A stretch of DNA of 63,316 nt, filler included, from Circinaria calcarea (Eukaryota), in assembly GCA_051942165.1 (NCBI GenBank). It is 34 parts of 34 records of this genome, joined end to end, with 100 filler letters (N's around TTAATTAATTAA, not from the genome) between each part and the next. Parts side by side here need not be neighbours in the genome. Positions count along the whole stretch, not along the records: positions 9,402 to 11,178 come from JAVECS010004241.1; positions 11,279 to 13,055 come from JAVECS010004242.1; positions 13,156 to 14,928 come from JAVECS010004243.1; positions 15,029 to 16,801 come from JAVECS010004244.1; positions 16,902 to 18,674 come from JAVECS010004245.1; positions 18,775 to 20,546 come from JAVECS010004246.1; positions 20,647 to 22,418 come from JAVECS010004247.1; positions 22,519 to 24,289 come from JAVECS010004248.1; 26 more parts are not named here. The stretch is one strand, 5' to 3'. The notes beneath the pieces are model-generated. The model was given only the letters and a program-made list of their open reading frames with translations, was not told the DNA's origin and searched no databases. Position numbers and translations under genes: made by a program. Of this stretch, positions 10,989-24,389 are shown one piece after another (position 1 is the stretch's first letter; every line of letters starts with the position of its first letter).

Positions 10989-11278
10989 GGAGCGTGTCTT
11001 CGGTATTACACATCCAACAATGCCGTTATATAGATGCATTTTGGGTTCACATGCATTTCAGTTTGTAACAGCAGGACTCGATCGTTATCCGGGCGTGCTA
11101 CTTTTCATATCAGCCTCTATCCGTTGTTTCCAGTAAGCAGCCGTAGCCGGATATGGTTCGCAGGAGCACGTCAACCATNNNNNNNNNNNNNNNNNNNNNN
11201 NNNNNNNNNNNNNNNNNNNNNNTTAATTAATTAANNNNNNNNNNNNNNNNNNNNNNNNNNNNNNNNNNNNNNNNNNNN

Positions 11279-13055
11279 CGGCGGGTGGAGGGAAGCTATG
11301 ATACTGCAAGTGATGGAGGATTTTCTGAATCCTCGTCTGATGAGAGTTCGGAAGAGGAAGAGGCCGGTGTGGAAGAGGAGGAGGTATTTGGGTTTGCAGA
11401 TCAGCAAGGAGACGCGGGAGATGGGATACCCTCTGGAGAGGTTACGTCGCGGATTGCGGTTGTGAATTTGGATTGGGATAATATACGAGCAGCAGATCTT
11501 ATGGCTGTATTCTCGAGTTTCGCGCCAAGCAATGGTCGAATACTGAAGGTGTCGGTCTATCCCAGCGAATTTGGAAAGGAGAGAATGGAGAGGGAAGAAA
11601 TGGAAGGCCCACCGCAAGAAATATTCGCCAAAAAGGCATCTGATGAGAAAGATGATGCTACTCTTTCAGGGAGTGATGACGGTGATGAATTGGGTGGGGA
11701 TGAGGAGGAAGAGGAGAAAATCAGGAAATCGATCCTCAAGGAAGATCAAGGTGAAGAATTCGATTCGGCGAAGCTACGTCGATATCAACTAGAACGTCTA
11801 CGCTACTACTACGCCGTTCTCACCTGCTCATCAAATGATGTTGCGGAAACTATCTACAATACAGTTGACGGTACCGAATATTTAACCACTGCGAATTTCT
11901 TCGACCTTCGCTTTATACCCGAGGATATGGACTTTACCGATGACAAGCCACGGGACGAGTGTGAACGAATACCTGATGGTTACAGGCCAAACGAGTTTGT
12001 AACGGATGCCTTACAGCACAGCAAGGTAAAGCTGACCTGGGATGCTGATGATGGGACGAGGAAAGAAGCGCAGAAGCGAGCGTTTGGGGGTAGCAGAGCA
12101 GAGATTGATGAGAACGATCTCAAGGCGTATCTCGGTAGTGATAGCTCTGATGAAGAAGAACCAGAGCCAGCTGAGCAAAACATGCCCAAGGATGACGCGA
12201 CTAGTGGAGACGCCACTTCCGCCGCTACCCCTAAACTTTCAAAGAAAGACCTCGAGCGGCAGCGGATGCGAAGTCTTTTGGGTTTAGGAGATGAACCAGC
12301 CCCAAGCAGAAAGTCAAAAAAGTCGGAAAAAGCACCAGTGGGTGATTTACAAATCACGTTCTCCTCGGGTCTATCAGATGGCAAGGGAGGTTCCGTCTTC
12401 GAGAACGAGCCCCTTACAGAAGAAACAACGGTTGAAAGATATGTTCGCAAAGAGAAAGAGCGTAAAGCCCGCCGGAAAGAAAAGATGAAAAACGCCCGAA
12501 ACGGAATCGAACCTGGTGACCATACCAAAGCTGCTGAACACGAGGAAGTCCCGGCAGAAACGACTGGATCCCCCGATCTCGGATTCTCAGATCCCTTCTT
12601 CACCGCTCCCGCCGACGACAAAGCTACCACCGCCGCCCTCCGAAAAGATACCAAACGCCTCAAGCGCGCGTCCCTAGCCGCTGCATCCGCCGCAACCTCT
12701 GCCCAGCGCGCAGAACTCGAACTCCTGATGGATGACCCTACCTCCACCAACCCTTCGAAGCAAGTCAACCACTTCGACATCAATGAAATCGCTCGCGCCG
12801 AGAAAGCCCTCAAGAAGAAGAAACACCCGAAACGAATGACTGCGCGGGAAAAGGAAGCGCTAGAGGCTAAGGAAAAGGACGGCTTCCGGATGGATGTGGC
12901 GGATCCGCGCTTCCAAGCCGTTTTTGAGAGGAGTGAGTTTGCGATCGATCCGAGTAGTGCGAGATTCAAAGGGACGGAGGGGATGAAGGCGCTGTTGGAG
13001 GAGGGGAGGAGGAAGAGGAGGAGGGGAAGTGGTGGGAGTGAGGGGGAGGAAAAAG
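11279..13055 (+). CDS. ESF1: Pre-rRNA-processing protein ESF1; truncated at both ends
   Basis: RIAVVNLDWDNI, VYPSEFGKERM, YQLERLRYYYAV, NFFDLRFIP, DALQHSKVKLTWD and the NUC153 motif DPRF...FAIDPS. Confidence 0.95.
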
Positions 13056-14215
13056 NNNNNNNNNNNNNNNNNNNNNNNNNNNNNNNNNNNNNNNNNNNNT
13101 TAATTAATTAANNNNNNNNNNNNNNNNNNNNNNNNNNNNNNNNNNNNNNNNNNNNCCCCCGGGCCCTTCAATATCCTAACCTCCCCCAAACATCCCAAAA
13201 GCCACACTTCAGAATCACTACGTACGATCCACGGTGAGAACTGAGAAAGAAGAAGAAATTAATTACATCTCCCACTGTTGTTCATTATCTCCTTACCAGG
13301 GGAATATTTTTTTTAGATTCGGCGGCACGACGACTGACTGGCTCGGACGACTAATCCGCGACGATCTGATTCGGAAAGTGGATTCGGAATTTTCTCTTTT
13401 TTCGGAATAAACGTCGTTTGTCCAGTTTACCAAGAAATTTACCAAGGAGGTATACATGGCTCGGGGACTTTTTTTCCCTTTATTATTTTTGTTTTCATTT
13501 TCATTTTTATGTTGAAGGAAAGATGAAAGATTTCTCCTTTCCGATTTCACTTTCATATAAAAGATCCTAAACTAAATGACACATTTTGCCTTTTCTTTCG
13601 CCTTTCCTTTTGCCCTTGCTCACCTTGAGAATTTCGCCCCCCATTCAATTCGATTCGATTGGGGGAAAAAAAGAAAAAAAGGGGAGTCAACCGAACAAGC
13701 CGAGCAGATTGGATGAACAGGCTTAGGTACTCTGTAACTTCAAAAACCTCTCGCTCGCCCTGCTGTTATGGCGTCAACACCATGACATGTGCTAGGGAAC
13801 GATTGGGACTAGCACGGGAACGGACTAATCTTACCCCGGTGCTCATGGGTGCTCAGGGCATGAGCATACATGAGCGGAACTTTATATAAGCAGGCTGTTT
13901 CTCGTTCTTTAGAATAGCATGCTTATAGAATCATAACGAGTTTAATATACTCCTTTTATATTGAACCTAGGGCAACAGTTTAACTACACCCTATGTAACC
14001 GTGCTATTACCAATCGGGACTTATCATATTCCTCAATAGGCCCCAAGGATTGCAGCGCCCTTACACCTGCCCGCACTGCCCAGCTGAATTGAATCTATGG
14101 GAACCGAATCTACATATTACATGCTTTGCCTCCATGTCTTTCTCTCTCTGTCTTAGATGAATGCGCCCATACAGCGGCATACTGCTGCGCCAATGGAAAT
14201 AACCATGACCTAGAT

Positions 14216-14247
14216 AGAGAGAGAGAGACACACACACACACAGAGAG
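14216..14247. repeat. Compound (AG)n(CA)n microsatellite
   Basis: AGAGAGAGAGAGACACACACACACACAGAGAG read directly. Confidence 0.9.
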
Positions 14248-14470
14248 CCGGCCCAAATGATGCTTGCTTGCTATTTACCAAAAAAGACAAAAAACTGGCC
14301 ATTTTACATGCATTGTTAACAAGGCTTTTGCTTGCCCTGCCTCGGGGAGCCCTCATGAGATAAGAACCAGCCCAGCCCAGCTCGGTACTTTCATCAAAGT
14401 AAAACTCCTCAGTTTCCCGATTCATAACTCAAAAGCACCATTCATAAACCAAGCTTAAAGCAACCACAGC

Positions 14471-14928
14471 CTATGTCCTCCGCCGCAGCCCGTACTCTTG
14501 CGCCTGTAGCTCGCGGATTAGCGCCAGGCTCTCCTCGTCCGCGACTGCCACGGCTGCTGCTGCTGCTGCCGTCACCGTGGCTTCGCTTGCCATCCTCCCC
14601 TTCTTCTGCACCGCCGGACTCGCGCTCTCCCTCTGTGTCGTCCGGCCGCCCATCGAACTACTGCTCGCGCGTCTCGCGGGCCCGGATTCGGGTGTATACC
14701 TCTGGACCGCCTTTGCGTGACGTGATGATTGTCTGGTCGTGCTCACCGAGGAGATGAAGCCGGTGATCTCGGATGTCGAGGGCGCGGGCGAAGGTGGGCT
14801 TTCGTTGTCGGTGTGGAGGGAAGCTGGAGGTGAGACGAGGGAGGAGGCGGCGGGTTCATTAGAGAGGAGGGGGAAGTCGTCTTCGAGTTTCAAGGGCGAG
14901 AGTGGGGAGGTGGCTATTAGTTGAACTT
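14471..14928 (-). CDS. C-terminal fragment, probably JmjC/PHD histone demethylase Jhd1 (KDM2-like)
   Basis: Open from the contig edge. The low-complexity tail SLVSPP...RQSSR..VQRY ends DEESLALIRELQAQEYGLRRRT*, recalled as resembling Pezizomycotina Jhd1 C-termini. The catalytic domain is not visible. Confidence 0.5.
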
Positions 14929-16459
14929 NNNNNNNNNNNNNNNNNNNNNNNNNNNNNNNNNNNNNNNNNNNNTTAATTAATTAANNNNNNNNNNNNNNNN
15001 NNNNNNNNNNNNNNNNNNNNNNNNNNNNCCGGCCATAGTAGAGAACAGCTAGCATATGTACAAGCAATTTAACTTAACCTATTCGATACTATGGACGAAG
15101 CGCTTGTGGACTCCGTAATGAAGACTTCCGACTCAGTCCACCCTTTTCATATGATCGAACACGTCAAACCAATTGAATTTATTACCCCGGATCTCCAAAT
15201 TTGGAAGAAAAGGGGGGGCGCACTCGACATGGCCACAGACGCTTTGTTAAGCGAGGCCGGTGACAAAAAGTCAGTTGCGGAAAATTATTAACATGGTGGT
15301 GGAGGATTCCTCGCACAGAAATCGCTGGCTCACCAAATACTACAAAGACCTTGAATGTAGAGAAATCTGGTTGAAAGCCTCAATTTATAGGTAATGAGAA
15401 CGGAGCATCCCTCGTGCGAGGGAACTTCAAATCGATCCCCCCTACCCCACTTTGTGCTTGCAATTTCCATGCCCCTCAGCACTACCACGCCGATTCTTAC
15501 GACCAGACATTTAGGTAAAAGCCCTTAATAAGGCGATCCAAAATGAGCCTCTCCCCGCCAAAACCGGACCAAAAAGCGCAAAATAGTTAACTTGAAATAA
15601 ATATAAATAGACCCGACCCCCCAGCCCCTTATCTAACTCTGCTATTGAAAAAAAACCACCATTACGAGTACCTAGGTCTGCAGCAGCTCATTCGAATTTC
15701 CCATTCACTCATGCCACTATCAATAAACTCTTCATGTACGTCAAATCGGCTATTAAAAAACCCCCTCTCCCAGAAGAACAGGCTACAAAAGCTATATAAT
15801 ATACATACCTCCATAAACTAAACGGGCATCAAACGCTTTACGGCGAAAGTACCACCCAACCCCCGCCCTTTTTCGAGCTTTTAGCGAAAAGGAGAATGAA
15901 AAAAAATCAATCTAGGCGTTGAAAGGCGGGATTACAGTACGCGCTGTTGTTGATTTTAAAATAAAAAACAGGAATTGAGAAACCAAAAGCCCTCTCCCAT
16001 ATGTGCGTGCGAAAAGTCGTTAAATACCCAATAAAAAGACCGAATCTATGTATGAGAGGGGGGGAGAGTGGGGAGGGTGGCTCCGTTCCCTACTACACTA
16101 CCTTACCTATTAGATCCAGGGGAGATTTGAAAACCAGGAGTTTGTATTGTATTCCAATTTTTAACGTTATTTTACAAGCTATCATTCCTGTGTAGGGGGA
16201 AGCTTTCAGTACCATACTGCGAGTTTTTTCGGGCAACGACCTTCTGCTCACCCCAGCTCGATTTGGGTCGGCTTGATATGGTAGATGGCATGGTTCCATG
16301 TTGGCGAGAGGGTGAAATTGTATGACCTGAGGGGTGGCCCACATCTAGGATACATGGGGGGTTTACGCACATGATGGGAATGGTAGAATCCGCATGTCGG
16401 TTTAATCAACCACCCCAGGATCTTAGGACTGGAGAGAGCCACAAACTGAGCATACTTTA

Positions 16460-16801
16460 TTACATCGAGACCCCCAACACTAGCCCCCGGAAGAGAAGCC
16501 GATCCTGCCAGATTTCATCAATCTCCCGCTTGGCCTCCTCGTTTAACAGCCAACTGGCCAGGTCTCTCGCCGCCATCACAATCCGGAATACGCCCTCCTG
16601 CGTTCCACAAGCCAGCTCCCCTCGAGCCGCCATCGTGATCCTCTCTCCCCACGCATACAAATTGCCCATCCGGTGCACCGCTTCCAGTTCCGCTGCATGA
16701 TCACCAGAAGCTAGAGCCCGCTCCCAGAGCTTCTGCGCAATGCGTACCAGGCAATCCGCAAGGCTCAGCTGTTGCTCGGCGCGGAAACGATCGGTGGGGT
16801 A
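16460..16801 (-). CDS. C-terminal fragment of a hypothetical helical protein
   Basis: GC-rich frame open from the contig edge: YPTDRFRAEQQLSLADCLVRIAQKLWERA...AVHRMGNLYAWGERI...GVSM*. Confidence 0.6.
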   Translation of the reverse strand, partial: YPTDRFRAEQQLSLADCLVRIAQKLWERALASGDHAAELEAVHRMGNLYAWGERITMAARGELACGTQEGVFRIVMAARDLASWLLNEEAKREIDEIWQDRLLFRGLVLGVSM

Positions 16802-16901
16802 NNNNNNNNNNNNNNNNNNNNNNNNNNNNNNNNNNNNNNNNNNNNTTAATTAATTAANNNNNNNNNNNNNNNNNNNNNNNNNNNNNNNNNNNNNNNNNNN
16901 N

Positions 16902-17783
16902 CTCATCAAGGGCCGGACGGCGGCGACGAGGACCTTGCCCAAGGTCCCGTACGCTTCCACGGCCTGCTGTTGCTGATCCGTACTGACGCCGCCGGGATGG
17001 GTCGCGTTGGCGTAGAGGGTATTGGAGATGTTGAAGCCGAGCTTGCCAGCGTCCATGCGCCGCTTGAGGGCGCGGACGAAGAGGACTTGGGCCAGCTTGC
17101 TGCGGTTGTAGAGATACGACGGGCCGATGTCGGTGTTGATTTCGGCGAGGGAGGCGAATTTGACGGAAGATGGGGCGGCGCGGTGGAGGTCGGAGGATTG
17201 GAGCACCAGGCGGGAATGCGGAGTTCCCTGCAGGTTGGGAAGGAGCATGAAGATAAGGTGCACCTGCGAGAGGTGGTTGACTTGGAAGTGGGAGTCAATG
17301 CCGTCGCTCGTCTCCCAGTACTTGCCTACCCCGAGACCGGCGTTGCAGACCAACTGGAGGGCCAAACCTTTAGTGTTCGTCTCGGGTAGAGAGGTACTTG
17401 GGGCTCTGGATACATACCGCATCGATCCGCTTCTCCTCCTGAGCCAGCTGCTTGGCAACCTGATCGGTCTGCTTGAGATCTGAGAGGTCGCAGTGCACCC
17501 AGTGAACGCGGCTTGGATCGCCAAACTCTTTCAACTCCTCCATTGCTTCGTCCGCATGCTGTTTCTGGTTGGAGAGCAGGAGGATCTTGGCAGCATTGTG
17601 CTGGAGAAGATGAGCGACTATCCCAAAGCCAATGCCGGCAGAGCCGCCCGTGACAATGTAAACCTAGGGACCGAGTCAGCTCAAGGGTCAATTCCCCCCG
17701 GGGGGAAGCATTAAGCAGACCTTCCCAGCCAGGTCTGGGATATCCTTGTCTGGATCGAACTTGTTGCCGGTGAGGAGAGACAT
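16902..17783 (-). CDS. Short-chain dehydrogenase/reductase (retinol-DH/WWOX-like); 3'-truncated
   Basis: MSLLTGNKFDPDKDIPDLAGK|VYIVTGGSAGIGFG (TGxxxGxG), LVCNAG, FQVNHL, YNRSK (YxxxK) and HPGGV. Two GT-AG introns. Confidence 0.93.
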
Positions 17784-18345
17784 GTTTTCTGCTTCCTCTA
17801 TATTACAGTGCAGGACAATTGTGCTCTTACTGTGATGATAGGGATGATGATGATGGGTCTATCAAAGATCAAATCATAACAACCAAAGGTACAACCTTCA
17901 CATGCGTGGCGGGGCATTGCAACTGGCAAAACATAGTAGTGACGACAGAATGAGGGACGGAGCATGATGGATGATGACGTATGCGTCGACGGTTAATCTC
18001 GCAATGTTCATTGGATGCATCGAGAATACAACCAGTAAGGTATGGCTCGGGAACCCAACATGCCAGCCTTGATACGCCCTCACAAGCTATTCCAGGACTT
18101 CAAGGAACGAAAGGACGACTTCTGATGGAGTCGGCGCACCATCGTTGACGATGCCCTAGCCCTTATCGATAAGACGCTCATCAGCCCCTGGTCTGAAATC
18201 ATTTTTGCGACAACATATGGGGGGACTCCTTACCACTGCCAGAATGATTAATTCCTTATTCCCCAAGACAGCTCCAAAGTGGGTGATTGAGCGATATCTC
18301 GAAGCTCGTTTCAGTACATACCCTGACGGCCATGCACACGTCTGG

Positions 18346-18674
18346 CTAATTCCTCGTGATCACCGGCCCAAACAGGCAATGAATCGCAATGAGTTTATTA
18401 CGAAACTGTCGGAGGCGGTCGCTGCTCGTTTCCTCGGTGATTGTTTCCACATCCCCCGAATCGTCCGAGTCCTTCCATTCGGCAGCCAGGATACTGCCAT
18501 CCATCAATTCTTCCAGCCTCTCCTGCAAGCATAATGCGCAGATACCCAATTTCGGCAGCTTGACTTGGTGCTCTGGCAGAGGCACACTCGTAAAGGATTG
18601 TCCTCCATTTCCGGCTCGGTAAACACGAAACCCAGTGTGCTTACAGATATCTCGTCCACGGTATCGAACAGGCG
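18346..18674 (-). CDS. C-terminal fragment of a hypothetical protein
   Basis: Frame open from the contig edge: PVRYRGRDICKHTGFRVY...GICALCLQERLEELM...PVITRN*. Confidence 0.4.
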
Positions 18675-18774
18675 NNNNNNNNNNNNNNNNNNNNNNNNNN
18701 NNNNNNNNNNNNNNNNNNTTAATTAATTAANNNNNNNNNNNNNNNNNNNNNNNNNNNNNNNNNNNNNNNNNNNN

Positions 18775-19097
18775 AGTTTTTGAGACGCTCCCGAGCTTTC
18801 TCTTGCTTGGCCGCATTGAGCTCCTTTTTGGATGTTTCCGAGTAATCGTCGAGGGTACGGGAGAAGGAGGTTAGGGTTGCGGATATCTGGCCTTTGTATG
18901 ATGTGAGCGGTACATTCTCGACTGAAACCTCTGCGGGCTCTACCTTGTAACGCCGACGATGAAGACGCAGGTGACTCTGCGAAGGCGTCAAGATCACGAC
19001 GGACCGAGGAGGACTGCTTCAAGGCGGCATTGAAGAGAGAATTCTAGTCTCCCAGTCAGGGCAAAAGTCCCCCAGTAGCACGAGACTGGCTTACCAT
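18775..19097 (-). CDS. BOS1: ER-Golgi Qb-SNARE Bos1/membrin; 3'-truncated
   Basis: ATG-only first exon (19095-19097), intron 19044-19094, then NSLFNAALKQSSSVRRDLDAF...ALQG|QISATLTSFSRTLDDY...KQEKARERLKN. Confidence 0.9.
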
Positions 19098-20267
19098 GGT
19101 TGGGAGAGGGCGACTGTTTTTTGCTAGTGCTGGGTTTTAGCACAAGCCAGCAATTTCATGGTTACGGTCTCAGGCCTAATTATCGACGCTTCCTCTACAG
19201 CCCTACGGTACGTGTTCTTTATATTACATGTCAGTGTTCAACTTTATTCGAGGCTAAACCTAATCTAGTCTCTTCAAATCCGAGCCCCTTCTGGAAGACA
19301 CAAGTGCGCGGGCCGTGGAGATGACCAACAGTCTCTACAGAGGTACTCATATGTAGATACCAGCAGTATGGCCTCACTATCAGATAGGTATTTGTACTGC
19401 TCCAGCTGCGACGGGCCACCACCCCGAGGTATAGACTTCTTCTAGAAACCCTGCGCGCTGCAGCCCCAGGGAAAAGGAAACCATGAGATAAGGCGTGGAC
19501 ATCCGATCTATGTGATGTTCCACGTATGGGTACTTTTGCTGTACAGTATAGAATCCTCCCTTCAACTCATTCATCAAACAGAATGCCCGCTGTCCAGTTA
19601 CAATATCTGCCATGGCTATTCCCGCCTGACCACCATGAATCAAGCGGATAATTAATCACATGTCAAGGACAAGATAATCTGCAGGGTTTCTTCACAAGCG
19701 CAGCCCTACCATACACTCGACATTGTTGAAGGCCGATAATGACGTCGTGGTCTCAATGGTCTCTATGCGCATATCCGAGAGTCAGATTGTTCTACCGGCG
19801 GTTTCTTTTCCGAGAAGAAATACAAAGGATCGTCAATGTTATTCAACCAAAGCTCTATGCTAATGCTGTCTAATGCAACTATCTTCACTTCCCCGGGATT
19901 AGTGGGCTATATGTTCTCTGGACAGTTTCCCTGAATTGTTGGACGAGACTATCAACCCTGATTTGCCGAATTTGGCATTGAGATGTTGTAGTTCGCTTCC
20001 TACAGCACAGAGTAATTCAGCCGCAGAGGTTGTTTGGATCAGTATAACCGTAATAGCTTCTTGTCCCACACTGTCTTCTGTCGCAATTGCTTACATGTGG
20101 AGGACAGCTCTTTCACCCCGAAAAGCACCTTCTACTCGAACTCGCTGGCTCCGATGATAGAGATCTGGACCGGAGTCAAAGCGCAATCCCTCAAGAGCTA
20201 AACTACTCTGCTCTTTCGCCCGGGTGGCTCTATCCGATTTTCCTCTCCCACCTCCCCCATATCACCA

Positions 20268-20546
20268 ATGTGGACCTTACCATCCCTCAAGATGCACCCA
20301 TCCCTCTCGACAAATTACCTCCTCCCCGCCATTCTCCTGAACCCCGTCCTCTTTCTCCACAGCCTCAACACCATCCTCTCACGCATTCTCCCTCCCATCA
20401 TCACTACCGACCCTGTTCAACCGCCACCATACTCGAACCTCGGTCCTTCGGCCAACCACCCTCATCTTGACATTCACGCTTCGGAGAACCTATGTTGGAG
20501 TTATACTGCCGTCATGGTGTGTGCGCAGCTGGTTGCCTTTGGTCGA
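20268..20546 (+). CDS. Hypothetical membrane-associated protein; 3'-truncated
   Basis: ORF open to the contig edge with hydrophobic segments (YLLPAILLNPVLFLH; DIHASENLCWSYTAVMVCAQLVAFGR). Confidence 0.55.
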
Positions 20547-20646
20547 NNNNNNNNNNNNNNNNNNNNNNNNNNNNNNNNNNNNNNNNNNNNTTAATTAATT
20601 AANNNNNNNNNNNNNNNNNNNNNNNNNNNNNNNNNNNNNNNNNNNN

Positions 20647-21775
20647 CGATTCACTCGGCTGTATACAGTCGAGGATAAGCCGCTCAAAAAAGTCAGGGAG
20701 TTGATGGGCAGGCTGTACGGGTTTCATGCAACGTAAGTATCGTTCTGAGGTAGAGAACGCAGCTTACACGGAAAGCAGTGAGCGACAATACAAGCGGAAA
20801 ATCACCAAATGGCAATTGAACAAGAACATCAAAAGTCATGAGAAGGTAGCGATTATAGATCGGGACCAGCTCAAAAGAAAGCTCGACGATGATACCAAAC
20901 GATATTTTACCATTGACGGCCGAGAGGTACCAGGACACAAAATCCGGCGGTATATGCGGACGAACACCGTTGAACTGAAGATTCCAATTAATCCGCGTTC
21001 GGCTCCCATAAACGAGGATGTTCTATATAACACGAGTCTGGTTCCTATAGAACAGGACATCCCGGATGATACGCGTTCGGTTCCTGTAAGTCGGGGCCAT
21101 CTGGACGATATGCAATCAGAAGTTATGAGCCAGGACAATTCCGACAATAGCGAGACAAGCCCAGACAACCTTCGCTATATGCCTTGCTCCGCGCCGCTTA
21201 AACTCGCTGTAAGCTCCAAAGCTGATATCCATAACTTCAGGTCGTTCGTGGAGTGCTTATTTTTTAGCTCCAACCTTTCTCCTTTTCCTAACGCGCACAC
21301 CAAACTCTTGTTGTTCGAGGTAATATATCAGATTCTCAGAGACACCCACGACGAATTGACCAAGGAGGAGCTAGGACCATGTGTCCTTGGAAATAGATGT
21401 TCCAGACACATCTGCTATGTGATATCGAAATTCGAGAAGATGTCAGTGGAGGAAGTCCATAACCAGGCAAAGAGAACGTTGGAATCGCCACGGGAAAGTC
21501 ATGGCTTCTACTATGATAGTGCAACCATCTGGAACCTCAATTACGCAACCATACGTCTCCCCAATTTCTTGGCTATTCTCCCAAACTCCCCAAATACCTT
21601 ATTCCACCAGAATTCTGCTCTTGGCCGTACCGAAGAAAAGATCCACACATTCGTCTCGTCAGGTGATACTGAAACAGTAACCCAATACAAGCAGTGGATA
21701 TACTGGTCACCGAGAAATCGTCTGGAATTTATCCTCTATGTACTTGATACGCCATGGGCTAGGTCGTGCTTTTAG
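20647..21775 (+). CDS. Clr5-domain protein; 5'-truncated
   Basis: Spliced N-terminus RLYTVEDKPLKKVRELMGRLYGFHAT|ERQYKRKITKWQLNKN (GTAAGT donor near 20733) matches the fungal Clr5 domain. Confidence 0.8.
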
Positions 21776-22518
21776 GTAGAATAGGTAGGCAGAAATGACT
21801 GGGACCTTTGGATGGAAGAGAAATGAGTTGACTATGTTAAAGGTTGAGGAGGGGCTGCCGGAGTAAAAGGTAAGGAACAGTTCCCCTGGACAATTCCCCT
21901 GGTATGCGGGTCGATCATCTGAAGGATGGGACAAAGGAATGAAGTTACCTATCGTGGTTAGAATCACATGAAATAGACCCAAACTCCAATTCTACTATCT
22001 CCCCCTATAAACCCCCCAGCCATGATGCGAAACCCAACCGTCCTTATGCAAACCGCCTTGTCTCAAAAATCATTTACCGTGTCTCCCATTTTAAAAACCT
22101 TCATACTCTCAATTCTCATTTTTCCCTCCCTCCTCCCATCTTTATCAGAATCTTCATCAGCTATCCCTACCCTCATCAAATCCCCTCCTCTCTCCAAACA
22201 CTCACACTCTCCATGGAAATACGTCTAACAAAATCCACACACAACCCGTACCCCCTCACCATTCCCTCATCCCTCCTACAACCTCCACACTGCAGAAACC
22301 ACAGGGATACCAGATCGAAACAGAATCAGCGACCTCCACTCCGGGCCATTACCTTTCTGACGAAAATCTAAAGAGGGATACTTATAAGAGATCCCTTTAT
22401 CGTGTGGTAGGAGAGGACNNNNNNNNNNNNNNNNNNNNNNNNNNNNNNNNNNNNNNNNNNNNTTAATTAATTAANNNNNNNNNNNNNNNNNNNNNNNNNN
22501 NNNNNNNNNNNNNNNNNN

Positions 22519-23540
22519 TCTCAGGCATTGGTAATGCGCGGCTCCTGCAACAGTTCCAGATCCCCGTTCTGATTGACAACCCTAACGTTGGCGAGAACCT
22601 CCAAAATCACGTCATGTGTGGCATGAGTTCCGAAGTCGCCGACGGCATGAAAACATTAGATCCCCTCTCGCGTCAGGAGCCTGCCGCATTGGCAGCGGCG
22701 GCGGAAGCTTATTCAAGGCAGGCCGGGCCTTTCGCCAACGGGGGCACGTTTGCCTCTGCCTTGCTTCCTGTCTCCGATTTTCTAAGCAAGGAAGGTAAGG
22801 ACGAACTGGATCAACTGCTCCACTCCACCGCAAAGATCCCAACTCCAAATGCACCCACTCGACCTTTCGATGAGCTTCACAGATCCTTTGTCCACTCTGT
22901 CCTCACCTCCCCAACTGAAGGCTCGGGGTGCTACATTACTTTCCCCGGCTACACTGGCTTCACCCCCGAAGGCTCCTTCGCCCCACCGCCGGAAAACAAC
23001 GAGAATTACTTCACCATCGCGGTCCTGCTTTCACACCCGCTCTCGCGAGGCTCAGTGCACATATCATCATCCTCTCCTTCAACTCCTGTCCGCATCGATC
23101 CTCATTACCTTTCGCACCCCCTTGATCTGGAGATACTTGCACGCCATATGCGCTACGCGAATAGCATAATCTCCAGGGCGGAACCGTTGAGAAGCCTACT
23201 CAAGCCCGGCGGCAACCGCAATGAAGGCGCACCGGCGAGCCTCGAGGATTTAGAGGTGGCAAAGGAGTATGTGCGCCGCACGGCCGTCGGCGCGCATCAT
23301 CCAACAGGTACGTGTGCGATGATGCCCAAGGAGAATGGAGGCGTAGTGAGTGCGAGGTTAGTGGTGCACGGATGTGCAAATCTTAGGGTGTGTGATGCCA
23401 GTGTGATCCCCATTACACCGAGAGGAAATCCTCAGGCGAGTGTTTATGCGGTTGCGGAACGGGCGGCGGATATAATCAAGGAGGACTGGAGCATATCGGC
23501 TACTTCACTCGGAGCTCGAGAGTATGCAAAAGACAGTTGA
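22519..23540 (+). CDS. GMC oxidoreductase (AA3_2-type), C-terminal half
   Basis: SGIG, NVGENLQNH, HPLSRGSVHI, IDPHYL, HHPTGTCAM, NLRVCDASVIP and GNPQASVYAVAERAADII. Confidence 0.93.
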
Positions 23541-24186
23541 GCTTAAAGCTAGAGGTAGCCTCATATACCGAGGCAAAATCCATTTATAAAAGCACATTGT
23601 TACCCTTTTCCATCGACAATGATTTTGTTTCCCTGGCCTTAAAAGCAGGGTCCAGGTGTAGGGACCTTGCTTATTATAATTTTGATCATTTTATTTGAAA
23701 GGTCGATTCGTCGGAGGAAATTTCAGCGATCCTGAGATTCGCGACGGATGAGCAAAAGCGAGGCCGATGCTGAGAGTAACAGTATGCCACCTATCAAAGA
23801 ACTTCTCCTGGAGGGAATTATATCTCGTCCAATGTCCGTACTTCCTCATGCACAGCCCAGTCGGTAATCCATCTGCCAATCTATAGAGTACATCTATGGG
23901 CTAGCGTGCTTTTCGGTATCGGGTGATTAATATTCCGAGAGGCTAAACTGGAGTCTGGCGCCTTAACCCGACGTTCAACGATGATGGTAAAATACGCTAA
24001 GGTTTACTCAAACAGGAAATGATCACTTTAACCTCGGCTTACTCCGTATTCTGTGCTTACAGTTTACTCGTCGACCCGATGTCAAGCGGCCTCTCCTCAG
24101 ATCCCATAATGTACCAAATTGCAAAGCGTCCGGTCCTACGAGGTTCATAATAATACCTCTCAGTAATTAAACCCCTAATCGCCACA

Positions 24187-24289
24187 ATGCCTAAACCCCC
24201 GGAACCCTCCTCCGACACCGAGCCTACCCCCTATCAGCGCGCCCTCGCATTCATCGAAGCCTCAATCGCAGACCCCAACTACAACGTTC
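24187..24289 (+). CDS. 5' fragment of an unidentified gene
   Basis: CACAATG start context; MPKPPEPSSDTEPTPYQRALAFIEASIADPNYNV is open to the contig edge. Confidence 0.35.
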
Positions 24290-24389
24290 NNNNNNNNNNN
24301 NNNNNNNNNNNNNNNNNNNNNNNNNNNNNNNNNTTAATTAATTAANNNNNNNNNNNNNNNNNNNNNNNNNNNNNNNNNNNNNNNNNNNN

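Noticed and set aside
11980..12969. 329-aa antisense ORF inside ESF1
   Set aside because: Ser/Phe/Leu-rich shadow of the charged, low-complexity sense frame.
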